Shown here in pieces: positions 1 through 9,724 of a DNA stretch of 64,000 nt (positions are counted from its first letter, which is position 1; every line of letters begins with the position of its first letter). Below the pieces are notes generated by a model. The model was not told the origin of the DNA and made no database searches. It saw nothing but the letters and a program-made list of their open reading frames with translations. Where the stretch lies: assembly GCA_964438895.1 (NCBI GenBank), contig CAYTMJ010000001.1, positions 31,746 through 95,745 of the forward strand, read 5' to 3'. The translations under genes were made by a program, and so were the position numbers. Source of the DNA: an uncultured Syntrophobacterales bacterium. Lineage in GTDB: Bacteria > Desulfobacterota > Binatia > UBA9968 > JAJDTQ01.

Positions 1-670
1 CACTCATCTAGTAGTACTGCAACGCAAGGGTCTCAACGAGCTAGCTCCCGCACTACACAAGAAGACCCGAGTAATCTATCAATCCGCATCCACCCGCCCG
101 TACCAGGCCGGAGACCCAAACAGGCAATTTACCGTGGCAGTAGTGGGCCACATGCGCCCCGAGAAAGACCCATTTCGCACTGCCATGGCGGTGCGCTCAT
201 TACCATCCTCATCGCGGATTCAGGTGGTGCACATCGGCGCCGCCCTTGGCGATAGTTTCGTCCGGCGGGCCGAGCGCGAGAACGAGCGCAATTCGCGCTA
301 CCGTTGGATGGGCGAAATACCGCACTGGAAGACTCGCCAGTTCATAGCCCGCAGCCACATCCTATCCATCACCTCTCGAATGGAAGGCAGTTCCAACGTC
401 CTCTGCGAAGCACTGGCTTCCGGAGTTCCCGTCGCAGCCTCGAGGATCTCAGGACTTATGGGCACCCTAGGCGACGACTATCCCGGCTACTACGAACTTG
501 GCCACACAGCTGAGCTCCAGGGACTCCTGTCCCGGGCCGAGAACGACCCGCCATTCTACCAAAGCCTGCTACGACACTGCGCCCGGGTTGCGCCTCTGAT
601 AAGTCCCGAAAGGGAGATCGGCGCCTGGCAGGATTTGATCCGCCACGCCACGCGAGGATCCGGAATTTGA
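1..670 (+). CDS. Glycosyltransferase (GT1/GT4-like), C-terminal part; 5' end lies outside the window
   Basis: ORF 134-670 reads open to the window start. The C-terminal GT-B motifs SSNVLCEALASGVPV and GYYELGHTAELQ are present. Confidence 0.55.
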   Translation, partial: THLVVLQRKGLNELAPALHKKTRVIYQSASTRPYQAGDPNRQFTVAVVGHMRPEKDPFRTAMAVRSLPSSSRIQVVHIGAALGDSFVRRAERENERNSRYRWMGEIPHWKTRQFIARSHILSITSRMEGSSNVLCEALASGVPVAASRISGLMGTLGDDYPGYYELGHTAELQGLLSRAENDPPFYQSLLRHCARVAPLISPEREIGAWQDLIRHATRGSGI

Positions 671-685
671 ATCAATGTGGGAGCA

Positions 686-1849
686 TCAACTTCCACCGGA
701 CAGGACTTCAATGAGGGTGTCTGCCACAATGTCTAGCTCCGCGTGACTGATGACCAAAGGCGGTAGCAGCCTAACGACAGTAGCTCCCGCGGGCAACGCT
801 AGGACACCTGCCTCCAAAAGACGTAAGAGATAGGGCTGAGATTTCTCTCTGAGCTCGATGCCCATCATCAGCCCGAGATGCCGAATCTCGCGAACCTTAG
901 GCAGGTCGGCGGCCTTAAGTCGCTCCAACAGGTAGGCGCCCTTCTCCACGGCCGCGTCGGCCAGGCGTTCTTCGATCATTGCATCGATTGCCGCCAACGA
1001 CGCCGCGCATGCCAATGGGTTTCCACCAAAGGTACTACCATGCCGACCCACCGGTATCCCTATCTTGTCAGAACACACTACCGCACCCATGGGGAGCCCT
1101 CCAGCCATCGCCTTTGCCAGGCACAGGATATCGGGCTCCAGGCCGAAGTGTTCGCAGGCGAACATCTTGCCAGTGCGGCAGAAACCGGTTTGGACCTCGT
1201 CAATGATGAGAAGTGTCCCCTTGTCCCGGCATAGTTCGCTCACCTTCGAGAAGTACTCGGCGTTTCCGAGATTCACACCGCCTTCGCCTTGAACGACCTC
1301 CAACATCACCGCCGCCGTATTCTCGTTCACCTTCTCCGCCAGCTTGGCGAAGTTATTGAACGGGGCAAACTGGAAGCCTTCCACCACCGGTACAAACGGT
1401 TCACGGTACTCGCGCGTAAAGGTGGCACTCAATGCCCCCATCGTACGGCCATGAAAGCCACGCATGGCGCAGACGAACTCCTGTTTCCCGGTGGCGAAGC
1501 GGGCGAACTTGATGGCCGCCTCGATGGTCTCCGTGCCCGAATTACACAGAAAGGAGCGGTCGAGATTGGCCGGGGTAATACCAGCTAGCCGCTCTAGAAG
1601 ACGGGCTTTAGCGTCGTTATAGAAGACCCCGGAACAGCTCAGCAACCGTTGCGACTGTTCAGCCACAGCCTTCACAACCTTCGGGTGGCAGTGCCCCAGG
1701 TTCGCGACACCATGGCCAGCGACGCAGTCGATATACTCCCGTCCGGCGTCATCCCACACCTTGGCACCTTCACCACGAACCAACACCACATCGCGCTTCG
1801 GATACACGTCGAACTCGTACTGCTGCTGCAACTCCTTCAAGTCCGTCAC
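686..1849 (-). CDS. lysJ: Class III aminotransferase, acetylornithine / LysW-gamma-lysine aminotransferase (ArgD/LysJ)
   Basis: 387 aa. PLP-fold motifs are present (DEVQTGFCRTG, HGSTFGGNP). It is the last gene of the LysW operon. The GTG start overlaps the lysZ stop. Confidence 0.85.
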   Translation of the reverse strand: MTDLKELQQQYEFDVYPKRDVVLVRGEGAKVWDDAGREYIDCVAGHGVANLGHCHPKVVKAVAEQSQRLLSCSGVFYNDAKARLLERLAGITPANLDRSFLCNSGTETIEAAIKFARFATGKQEFVCAMRGFHGRTMGALSATFTREYREPFVPVVEGFQFAPFNNFAKLAEKVNENTAAVMLEVVQGEGGVNLGNAEYFSKVSELCRDKGTLLIIDEVQTGFCRTGKMFACEHFGLEPDILCLAKAMAGGLPMGAVVCSDKIGIPVGRHGSTFGGNPLACAASLAAIDAMIEERLADAAVEKGAYLLERLKAADLPKVREIRHLGLMMGIELREKSQPYLLRLLEAGVLALPAGATVVRLLPPLVISHAELDIVADTLIEVLSGGS

Positions 1850-2637
1850 TGAATCACCGTTCCTTTCCCCGCTAGGGCGTCACGGACCGGATGCTCCACA
1901 CGGCCGTCGCTCATGATCACCTTCTTTGCACCCTCCTCGAACAGCCTCCGGAGCGCTAGCATTTTCCGTTTCATGCGCCCCTCCACCTCCGCCTCCCTCT
2001 GCTCTAGCTCGGTCACACGAATTACCGGTACCAGGGTGTTCTCGTCGTTCTTGTCGGCGAGAAAACCGGGCGCTTCGATGAGTTGTAGCACCAACTCTGC
2101 GCGAAAGGCGGCCTGAAGAACATTGATAATGTCATCGTTCTCCGAGTTGATAGCCGTGTGGTGTTCATCAATAATCGGGATGGACAGAACCGGAGCGTAG
2201 CCACCGTCAAACAGCAACTGAAACAACTCCCTATTGACGCTTTTGGGCTTACCAGAGAAATCCCGAACAATGAGGGTCTTGTCGTTTTTCCTGACCCGAA
2301 TCCCTTTGTTGCGCTGCCCCTGGATCGCTCGGCCGTCAATGCCCGACAGGCCAACAGCATCGATCCCGTTCTGTTGGAGCAACTCCACGATGCGTTTGTT
2401 CTGGAGCCCCGCGTAACCCATAAGAATGGCGTCCAGCGCAGCCTTGTCGGACAACACGCTGGTATATCCTGAAATCGACGTAACAACCTGGGTCGGATTG
2501 CCGAGCTTGGCAGCGATCGCATCGCGAACCGCATTAGCGCCGTGGACCACTATGAAACGGTCCGACACCGCGGCTAAGTCTCCGGCGATACCCGAAAGGT
2601 TGATATCGTTTCCACCGCCAATCTTCACCAAGATCAT
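1846..2637 (-). CDS. lysZ: Amino-acid kinase family, [LysW]-aminoadipate/glutamate kinase (ArgB/LysZ)
   Basis: 263 aa. N-terminus MILVKIGGG and the VVHGAN motif mark it. Its ATG overlaps the stop of the upstream gene (ATGA). Confidence 0.8.
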   Translation of the reverse strand: MILVKIGGGNDINLSGIAGDLAAVSDRFIVVHGANAVRDAIAAKLGNPTQVVTSISGYTSVLSDKAALDAILMGYAGLQNKRIVELLQQNGIDAVGLSGIDGRAIQGQRNKGIRVRKNDKTLIVRDFSGKPKSVNRELFQLLFDGGYAPVLSIPIIDEHHTAINSENDDIINVLQAAFRAELVLQLIEAPGFLADKNDENTLVPVIRVTELEQREAEVEGRMKRKMLALRRLFEEGAKKVIMSDGRVEHPVRDALAGKGTVIQ

Positions 2638-3272
2638 CGTAGTTGCTCCACCGTATTATTGGGAACCACCCGCCACTCACGGCCCTCCACTACAGTCTCG
2701 GAGCTGACGATGAAGCCGGCAGCAGTCTGGCAAGTTCGCAGTCTGAAATACCCGGGATTCTCATTGTACACAGTCCCCAAGAAAACATTCTCGCTGTCGG
2801 CTATGATCATGTTCATGGCCCGAACGTAACGAGTTCTGCGGACAATCACGTCCATCCCTTTCCTTATGGCCGTGACCATGTCGCCTTTATCGAAACGCTT
2901 GATGTAGTTGAACACCTTCTCCGCGCCGATGCGTCCGTCCGCGGGGATTCGAACACCGCGCAGTTCACCGTTAAACACAAAGACATAACTACCGTCGAAG
3001 AACGGCATGTTGTTCTCCACCACAATGTTCTCATCCCGGAACGCGCTACGTGCATGGCCTACCAGAAGAGTGGTAGACCCAAACTGATTCAGGTCATCTT
3101 CCCAGATGGGTTTTATGTTGTGATAAAACTTCCACTCGCCATCGACGATATACGCGCAGCCCCAGCCGTGGCCTTGGTATTCGAGACTGTTCTGTGCGAT
3201 GTATGCGAGGTGTGACAGACGTGCAGCTATGTCGAATGGCTCCTGATTCTTGACGCACAACAGACGGCACAT
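2634..3272 (-). CDS. Class-II (Ntn) glutamine amidotransferase-like protein, YafJ/EgtC type
   Basis: 212 aa. N-terminal Met-Cys (MCRLL) provides the Cys2 nucleophile. Conserved blocks HGWG, FVFNGEL and GAEKVF match YafJ-type GATase-II. It sits inside the LysW operon. Confidence 0.7.
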   Translation of the reverse strand: MCRLLCVKNQEPFDIAARLSHLAYIAQNSLEYQGHGWGCAYIVDGEWKFYHNIKPIWEDDLNQFGSTTLLVGHARSAFRDENIVVENNMPFFDGSYVFVFNGELRGVRIPADGRIGAEKVFNYIKRFDKGDMVTAIRKGMDVIVRRTRYVRAMNMIIADSENVFLGTVYNENPGYFRLRTCQTAAGFIVSSETVVEGREWRVVPNNTVEQLR

Positions 3273-3292
3273 GATCGATAGACCAAACCGCG

Positions 3293-4345
3293 TTACGCGC
3301 CCGGATGCAACCCCGGAAACTCCAAGCCCAGGGTCTCCTCGAAGCCGTTCATGAGGTTGAATGACTGAACTGCCTGCCCAGAAGCCCCCTTCATAAGATT
3401 GTCCAGCGCGCTGAGAACTACCAGGCGATCCGAACCCTTCTCCTTTTGGAAACCGATGTCACAGTAGTTCGTACCGCTAAGCAGCTTAGGCTCCGGGTAC
3501 CGATAAATGCCGTTGGCCTCCTTAACGATTCGAATAAAAGGTTCGTTCCCGTAGTTTTCCCGGTAGATTTTCCAAATGTCCCTGTCTTCCAGCGACTCTC
3601 GTAGGAAAACGTGACAAGTAGCCAGCACCCCACGCACCATCTCGATGGAGGTGGCTGAGAAATAAATACGGATCCGCCGCTCAAAGCTCAATTCCTGAAC
3701 GATCTCCGCTCCATGACGGTGCATGGTCGGCATGAAGGAGCGAACAGCGCCACTCCGTTCTGGGTGATGGGAAGCCTCAGTGGCAGCGTTACCCCCCTCG
3801 CTAGAACCCACCTTGACCTCCACTACCGTTCGGTCGAGATCAACGAGACCCCTCCTAAAAAGGGGAAAGAGGGCCAGTATTGTCGCGGTTGCATTGCATC
3901 CCGCACCCGTCACCAAGTTCGCGTTTCGAATCTCCTCGCGGTGCAACTCGGGGATACCGTACACGAACTCTCTCATAAGATTTGAGCACTGGTGCGGCAT
4001 TCCGTACCAGTGCTGGTACTCGCTTACATCGTTCAGCCTGAAGTCCGCACTGAGATCGATCAGCTTCGGCGCCAGTGCGCGAAACGACTCGATCTCCCCC
4101 ATTGCCTGGCCATGAGGTAGGCAAAGGAAAAGCAGGTCGCACGGCTTCACGTCATCTGCCCGGCGAAATCGGAGTTGGGTCCGCTTGCGTAAATTAGGAT
4201 GAACACTGTACACGAACTTTCCAGCGTGGCGCTCCGAGGTAACCTCGCACACCTCTACATTAGGATGCCAAAGAAGCAAGCGTAAAAGCTCGCCGCCTGT
4301 ATACCCAGACGCCCCTACGATAGAAACCTTCAGCTTCTCCGCCAC
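3293..4345 (-). CDS. lysY: N-acetyl-gamma-glutamyl-phosphate reductase family (ArgC/LysY)
   Basis: Motifs VSIVGASGYTGGELLRLL and GAGCNATA are present. I set the start at the GTG at 4345, preceded by AGGTGG 9 nt upstream. The ORF track extends to 4462 but would overlap lysX. Confidence 0.85.
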   Translation of the reverse strand: MAEKLKVSIVGASGYTGGELLRLLLWHPNVEVCEVTSERHAGKFVYSVHPNLRKRTQLRFRRADDVKPCDLLFLCLPHGQAMGEIESFRALAPKLIDLSADFRLNDVSEYQHWYGMPHQCSNLMREFVYGIPELHREEIRNANLVTGAGCNATATILALFPLFRRGLVDLDRTVVEVKVGSSEGGNAATEASHHPERSGAVRSFMPTMHRHGAEIVQELSFERRIRIYFSATSIEMVRGVLATCHVFLRESLEDRDIWKIYRENYGNEPFIRIVKEANGIYRYPEPKLLSGTNYCDIGFQKEKGSDRLVVLSALDNLMKGASGQAVQSFNLMNGFEETLGLEFPGLHPGA

Positions 4346-4385
4346 GGCTCGCAGCCACCTTTCCAATTCATATCTACCGCCCCGG

Positions 4386-5276
4386 CTACCGTTCGCCTTT
4401 CGCTGAGGTGGCGCCCTTGCGTTCCTGCTCCACCCGCGCCAACTGCAACACGTGTTCAACAATACGCTCAGGAATATTCACCCCGGTGGTATCGATGCTA
4501 TTGCGAAACTCCATGGTGTAGTTCACTTCGTTGACCAAGAGTCCATCCGACGTCTCAAAGATATCCGCAGCGACGATACCGCCCCCCACCGCACGGGCCG
4601 CACGGAGAGAAAGATCCCGCAGCTCATCCGTCACCGGGCAGTTCTCGGCACGCCCCCCGCGCGCCGTGTTTGTGATCCAGTGGTCAGAATAACGATAGAT
4701 AGCGGCTACGCAGTCGTCTCCAACAACAAAGCTCCGAATGTCGCGATCGGCCTTCTCGATGTATCGCTGAACGTAAAAGATGGAATGATGATAGCTGCCC
4801 AGTACTGTCTTGTGCTCGAGAATTGACTCCGCCGCATCCCGGTCGTTCACCTTGGCTAGGAGCCTACCCCACGAACCTACCGCCGGCTTCAATACCACTG
4901 GATAACCCATCTCCTCGATGGCCTCCAGGGTAGACTCCTCGGTGAACGCGATGCGTACTTCGGGTTGAGGAACGCCGTGCTCCTGTAGATGCACCGAGGT
5001 AAGGATTTTGTCGCCACACACGCTGGCAACAGATGAAGAATTGACACAGCGCACACCCGCGTTCTCGAACAACCGAAGACCATGCAGAGCTCGTGAGTGA
5101 TTGATGCACCGTTCCAACAGCACATCCAGATCAAAGTGATCAGTGCCAAGGTTGAAAGAGAGCCGACGATCATCGATCATTTGAAGATCCACCTCCGGAT
5201 GCCGCCGAAACTCCTGAATAAGAAGTTTCTCCTCGGGCCGGACTAGCGAATGTAACAGGCCAATCTTAAGGGTCAT
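4386..5276 (-). CDS. lysX: RimK-family ATP-grasp ligase, LysW-glutamate/aminoadipate ligase (LysX/ArgX)
   Basis: 296 aa with an ATP-grasp fold. Start [12 protein letters not shown] overlap with the lysW stop. Confidence 0.85.
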   Translation of the reverse strand: MTLKIGLLHSLVRPEEKLLIQEFRRHPEVDLQMIDDRRLSFNLGTDHFDLDVLLERCINHSRALHGLRLFENAGVRCVNSSSVASVCGDKILTSVHLQEHGVPQPEVRIAFTEESTLEAIEEMGYPVVLKPAVGSWGRLLAKVNDRDAAESILEHKTVLGSYHHSIFYVQRYIEKADRDIRSFVVGDDCVAAIYRYSDHWITNTARGGRAENCPVTDELRDLSLRAARAVGGGIVAADIFETSDGLLVNEVNYTMEFRNSIDTTGVNIPERIVEHVLQLARVEQERKGATSAKGER

Positions 5277-5437
5277 TCTCCCCAGTCTTCCTCCTCCTGG
5301 GGTGCCTCGGCTACCCCAGGAGGATCCAGGCTCGTTACCTCCAGCTCGATGCCGCAGTCAGCGCAGGTGATCAATTCACCTTCCACCGCGTCATCCTCAA
5401 GCTCCAGCTCTGCTCCGCAAACCGGACATTCAACCAT
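5273..5437 (-). CDS. lysW: Amino-group carrier protein LysW
   Basis: 54 aa from the internal Met ([16 protein letters not shown]...CADCG...EEEDWGE). It has a zinc-ribbon CxxC..CxxC and the C-terminal EDWGE tail. GGGAGG lies 9 nt upstream of the ATG at 5437. Confidence 0.85.
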   Translation of the reverse strand: MVECPVCGAELELEDDAVEGELITCADCGIELEVTSLDPPGVAEAPQEEEDWGE

Positions 5438-5596
5438 CCAAGTGTACCTCCCTAGGAGTATGTGCATAAATCGTTAGCTATATGCGCAGCATGCGTGAAG
5501 CATGGGAGGGTTTAAACCGACGCCCTTCCAACGGTAATAAACCCCTGCACAATCTGACACGCAAATGACAGAAAGGCTCACTCGTGCGGGACATGG

Positions 5597-6982
5597 TTAC
5601 AACGGAAGGTCTTGCGCAACCTTGCAAATAGCCTGTCGCAAGATCGTAACGATGTCGCCAATCTGTTGTTTCGTAACCACCAGAGGGGGACACACAGCCA
5701 CGGCGTGGGTGCCGCACACCCTCAGCAACAGCCCGCGCGCGAGGCACTCATCATAAACACGGCGGGGCACTTGTTTCTCTACGGCAAAGGATTCACGGGC
5801 CTCCTTGTCCTCCACCAGCTCTACGGCGGCGATGAGTCCCCGACCGCGTACCTGGCCCACCATAGGCAGGTCCGACAACGTTGCCAACTGCTCCTGCATG
5901 TAAGCGCCCACCTCTGCCGCCTGTTCCACCAACCGCTCCCGCTCGAGTATGTCTAGGTTGACCAACGCAGCAGCACAAACTACCGGATGTCCAGTGTAGG
6001 TGTAGCCGTGGTAGAAAGCGTCGTCAGCTTTGGTTAACAGCGTCTGGAACATTTCCTCCTGGAACAGCATCGCGCCCAGCGGTAAATAGCCGCTTGTTAT
6101 CCCCTTAGCGGTGATCAGCACATCCGGCGTTACGCCCTCCCCGGCGCACGCGAACAGGCTGCCAGTACGGCCGAACCCCGTTATTACCTCGTCACAAACC
6201 ATCAGAATTTCATACCGCGTGCAAATATCTCGAATCCTAGCCAGCCATCCCTCGGGCGGTACGATGACCCCACCCACACCCTGTACGGGCTCGGTCACAA
6301 AGGCGGCGATGGTTTCCGGTCCCTCTCGCTCCGCTAGCTTCTCCAACTCGTCAGCACATGCGGTGTTGCAATCCGGCCAAGTTTTCCCCAGCTCACAGCG
6401 ATAACAGTGAGGCCGTGCCACGTGATGCACATCCGGTAAACCCGGCTCCATCTGGTGGTTGAACAGCGGCATCCCAGTCAGCATGGCGGCACCACTCGAA
6501 GAACCGTGATAGCCCTGGTTCAGGGTAACGAAACGCGTCCGCCCAGGCTGGTCCTTAGCTTTCCAGTAGGCGCGCACCAGGCGAATCATGCTCTCGTTGG
6601 CCTCGGAACCCCCGGAGGTGAACACCACACGGGTGAGCCCTTCCGGTGCCATCCCCACCAACCGGGATGCCAACCGAACGGTAGGCTCTGCAGTAGGGCC
6701 AATAAGCGTAGGTGCGAAGGCAAGACGATCCATCTGGTCCGCCACTGCCCGTGTAATTTCCTTTCGGCCGTGCCCCACATGTACGTTCCATAGGCTTGAC
6801 AACCCGTCAATATAGCGCTTACCCAGCGAGTCCCAAAGGTAGAGCCCCTCCCCCCGAACAAACACTGGAACTCCCTCTGACTGGTGTCTCGACAATGGCA
6901 CGAAACCATGGACGAGATGATCCCGGTCGGCCCGACTCATGGCCGCAGCGCGTTCAAGATCGACGGATTCCTGGGGTTTCAT
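5597..6982 (-). CDS. Class III aminotransferase (omega-transaminase / beta-alanine-pyruvate type)
   Basis: 461 aa. PLP class-III blocks present (SGGSEANE, DEVITGFGRTG, lysine in TAKGITSGY). Confidence 0.8.
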   Translation of the reverse strand: MKPQESVDLERAAAMSRADRDHLVHGFVPLSRHQSEGVPVFVRGEGLYLWDSLGKRYIDGLSSLWNVHVGHGRKEITRAVADQMDRLAFAPTLIGPTAEPTVRLASRLVGMAPEGLTRVVFTSGGSEANESMIRLVRAYWKAKDQPGRTRFVTLNQGYHGSSSGAAMLTGMPLFNHQMEPGLPDVHHVARPHCYRCELGKTWPDCNTACADELEKLAEREGPETIAAFVTEPVQGVGGVIVPPEGWLARIRDICTRYEILMVCDEVITGFGRTGSLFACAGEGVTPDVLITAKGITSGYLPLGAMLFQEEMFQTLLTKADDAFYHGYTYTGHPVVCAAALVNLDILERERLVEQAAEVGAYMQEQLATLSDLPMVGQVRGRGLIAAVELVEDKEARESFAVEKQVPRRVYDECLARGLLLRVCGTHAVAVCPPLVVTKQQIGDIVTILRQAICKVAQDLPL

Positions 6983-7051
6983 CGTCCGTCCCAGCGGAAA
7001 TCGGCGACAGGGGATCCGGTTTTTAGCCTCGGCGGTCTAATGCCCATAGTT

Positions 7052-8095
7052 TCACAACCCGTAATAGCGTTTAGGATTGTCGCATAGGATCTTCCTGCGC
7101 AAGGTGGGACTCACATCCTCACGGGCAAAGAAATCCGGCAAATCCTGGAAGAATTCCGAGCGAGCTCGCTCGTGGGGGTAGTCGGAAGCCCACAACACTT
7201 GATCCCCACCTAGACGCTCCAGCACGTAGGGTAAGCACTTCTCGTCCACCTCGCAGGTAAAAAAGATGTTGCCACCGCGGATGATGTCGCTGGGGCGCTG
7301 CTTCACCGCCAGTCCCTGACCGCGCCTCTCCCAGTTTTCGTCCAGCGCGTCCATCATGAACGGCACCCAACCTGTTCCACACTCCAGATATGCAACCCTG
7401 AGTTTGGGGAAGCGGTCGAACACGCCACTGTTGATCATGCTCATCATCTGCACCATCTGCGGCATGGCATGCTCTAATGGCCGCGCCTCCGCTAGACTCT
7501 CGAAGATATCCAGGCCCAAGCCGGCCACCGGCCCGCCGTGGATTGCTAACGCACAGTCCAAACGTTCCGCTTCCGCGTAAATCGCATCGAACTGGCTTCC
7601 ACCTAGACCCACCAACGGCGCCATCACCGACGGGATCACGCCCGCTACCATACCAAGATCCTCTACGCACCGGCGTAACTCCTCCACTGCGGCGTCGATA
7701 TCCTGCACTGGAAGCAGCGCAACGCCCTTGAGCCGACCCGATTGGCGCCCGAAACTCTCGTACAACCAGTCATTATAGGCCCTGGCCACAGCCACTGCCC
7801 AGCCTTTGTTCCTGATCTGACCATGGAACAGCGCATTGCTAGGATAGAGGATAGTCTGATTGATCTGAGACTCATCGAGGAAGCTCAGCCAGTTTGCCGC
7901 GTCCGGGACTTCAGCCTTGTGACGGGACGACATTCCCCGCATCCAACCATCGGTGAGGGGAAAGAGATAATATTCCCGGGTCCAGTCTTTATTGGACCAA
8001 GGCGCAGGTAAAAACCGGCGCAAGTCTTTGTCCTGGTCCACTACGTGGCCATCAGCGTCGATAATCTCGTGTTCACATTCCATGATTGCCTCCAC
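7052..8095 (-). CDS. Amidohydrolase-2 family metal-dependent hydrolase/decarboxylase (ACMSD-like)
   Basis: 347 aa. Motifs IIDADGHV..., WASDYPHE and a KILCDNPKRYYGL C-terminus. It is a paralogue of the ORF at 33652-34689. Confidence 0.75.
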   Translation of the reverse strand: MEAIMECEHEIIDADGHVVDQDKDLRRFLPAPWSNKDWTREYYLFPLTDGWMRGMSSRHKAEVPDAANWLSFLDESQINQTILYPSNALFHGQIRNKGWAVAVARAYNDWLYESFGRQSGRLKGVALLPVQDIDAAVEELRRCVEDLGMVAGVIPSVMAPLVGLGGSQFDAIYAEAERLDCALAIHGGPVAGLGLDIFESLAEARPLEHAMPQMVQMMSMINSGVFDRFPKLRVAYLECGTGWVPFMMDALDENWERRGQGLAVKQRPSDIIRGGNIFFTCEVDEKCLPYVLERLGGDQVLWASDYPHERARSEFFQDLPDFFAREDVSPTLRRKILCDNPKRYYGL

Positions 8096-8128
8096 TGTCG
8101 GAATCAGGGCGCACCAGAACGTCCTGCA

Positions 8129-9598
8129 TCAGCGTATCATCAAGCGCCCGGATTCGCCGGAGTAGTTGATGAATACTGTCTTGAGCTCAGTAAAGAAATT
8201 GACACCCTCCTCGGACATTTCCCGCTCGCCGACACCAGTGGCTTTGATTCCGCCGAAAGGAAGCTGAGCCTCGCCACCAATAGTAGGCTCGTTAACGTGG
8301 ACCATGCCCGTCTCCACCTCCTCCACAAAGTGCATGACCTTATCCACATCCCGGGTGAAAATAGAGGTGGTGAGGCCAAAGTCCACCGAGTTGGCGAACT
8401 GGATGGCCTCGTCCAAATCCGCGGCCGCAGCCACCGACAGCACCGGACCGAAGATTTCCTCCCGAAAGATGCGCATGTCGGGAGTGACGTCGTCAAACAC
8501 CGTGGGCTCCACATAGTATCCGTGATCTAGACCCGCGGGCTGTTTTCCACCTACGACGAGGCGTGCGCCTTCCTGTTTGCCGACTTCTATGTACTCGAGG
8601 TTGGTTTTCCACTGACCCTCATCTACCGCTGGCCCCATGTCAACGTCCCGATCTAGGCCCGAGCCTACGCGAATCTTGCGAGCATGGTCCTCGAGCCTAG
8701 CCACTAGCTCATCCTTGGTGGAACCAATGGCAATGACCCGAGAGGTGGCAGTACAGCGCTGGCCGGTGGAGCCGAAAGCGCCGTCCCGAATGGCGACCGC
8801 GGCCTTCTCGAGATCACAGTCGGGCATCACAATAACCGCATTTTTTCCGCCCATCTCACATGTCACCTTAGCACCCCGAGAGGCGGCCTTGACGTAAAGA
8901 TCACTTCCGATCTCGTTGGACCCGGTGAACGACACCACCGGTATGCGCCCGGAGTTAACGATTGTCTCGCCTACCTCCGACCCCGATCCAACGATGACAT
9001 TGAACACGCCCTTAGGAAGTCCAGCTTCCTCGTAGACCTCCGCCAGCAAGCCCGCCGTAGCGGGGGTCAGGGACGCCGGTTTTAGTAGCACCGCGTTTCC
9101 GGCCACTAGAGCGGGTGCAGATTTCCAGACCGGGATCGCCCAAGGGAAGTTCCACGGCGCGATCAACCCAACCACACCCATGGGCTGCCTTATAGTGTAC
9201 GTGAACGTATCTCGGGCCTCGGACGGGAGTGTCTTTCCACCAAGCCGGTAGCCTGCACCGGCATTGTATTCCAGCAACGAAATCCCCTTGAGGACCTCAC
9301 CCCGGGATTCCTTGAAGATTTTTCCTTCCTCGCGCGTCATGGTCTCAGCAATCTCATCCACGCGTCGGCGGGCGATGTCCGCCGCGCGCCAGATCACCCG
9401 CCCACGCTCCGGACCCGGGGTCTTTCTCCAATCCCGGAACGCCGCTACCGCTGCGTCGATGGCCCGCTCAGTATCCGCGGCCGTTGCCATGGGAAACTCG
9501 GCGATGACATCGCGGGTATCCGCGGGGTTGATGTTACGCAGCTGTCTTTCGGAGGTGGGCTGATACCACTCACCGTTGATATATGAACCAGTTTGCAT
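8129..9598 (-). CDS. NAD(P)-dependent aldehyde dehydrogenase
   Basis: 489 aa. ALDH signatures: FTGSNEIG, the catalytic-Cys region VTCEMGGKNA, and EEIFGPVL. Confidence 0.85.
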   Translation of the reverse strand: MQTGSYINGEWYQPTSERQLRNINPADTRDVIAEFPMATAADTERAIDAAVAAFRDWRKTPGPERGRVIWRAADIARRRVDEIAETMTREEGKIFKESRGEVLKGISLLEYNAGAGYRLGGKTLPSEARDTFTYTIRQPMGVVGLIAPWNFPWAIPVWKSAPALVAGNAVLLKPASLTPATAGLLAEVYEEAGLPKGVFNVIVGSGSEVGETIVNSGRIPVVSFTGSNEIGSDLYVKAASRGAKVTCEMGGKNAVIVMPDCDLEKAAVAIRDGAFGSTGQRCTATSRVIAIGSTKDELVARLEDHARKIRVGSGLDRDVDMGPAVDEGQWKTNLEYIEVGKQEGARLVVGGKQPAGLDHGYYVEPTVFDDVTPDMRIFREEIFGPVLSVAAAADLDEAIQFANSVDFGLTTSIFTRDVDKVMHFVEEVETGMVHVNEPTIGGEAQLPFGGIKATGVGEREMSEEGVNFFTELKTVFINYSGESGRLMIR

Positions 9599-9724
9599 TC
9601 GCTTCTCCTTGCCCTAGTGTTACGGGTGTGTCGGATTAAAAAAGACATACGGTTCCGTGTCAAGCGTTTGTAGGATGTTGCGATACCGGACCAGTGACCT
9701 CTATACTACCTTGACCGAGCAGCC

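Noticed and set aside
5438-5596. Lysine riboswitch (L-box) upstream of lysW
   Set aside because: The leader is only about 160 nt and I could not find the conserved L-box helices. Only a strong RBS (GGGAGG) 9 nt before the lysW ATG is evident.
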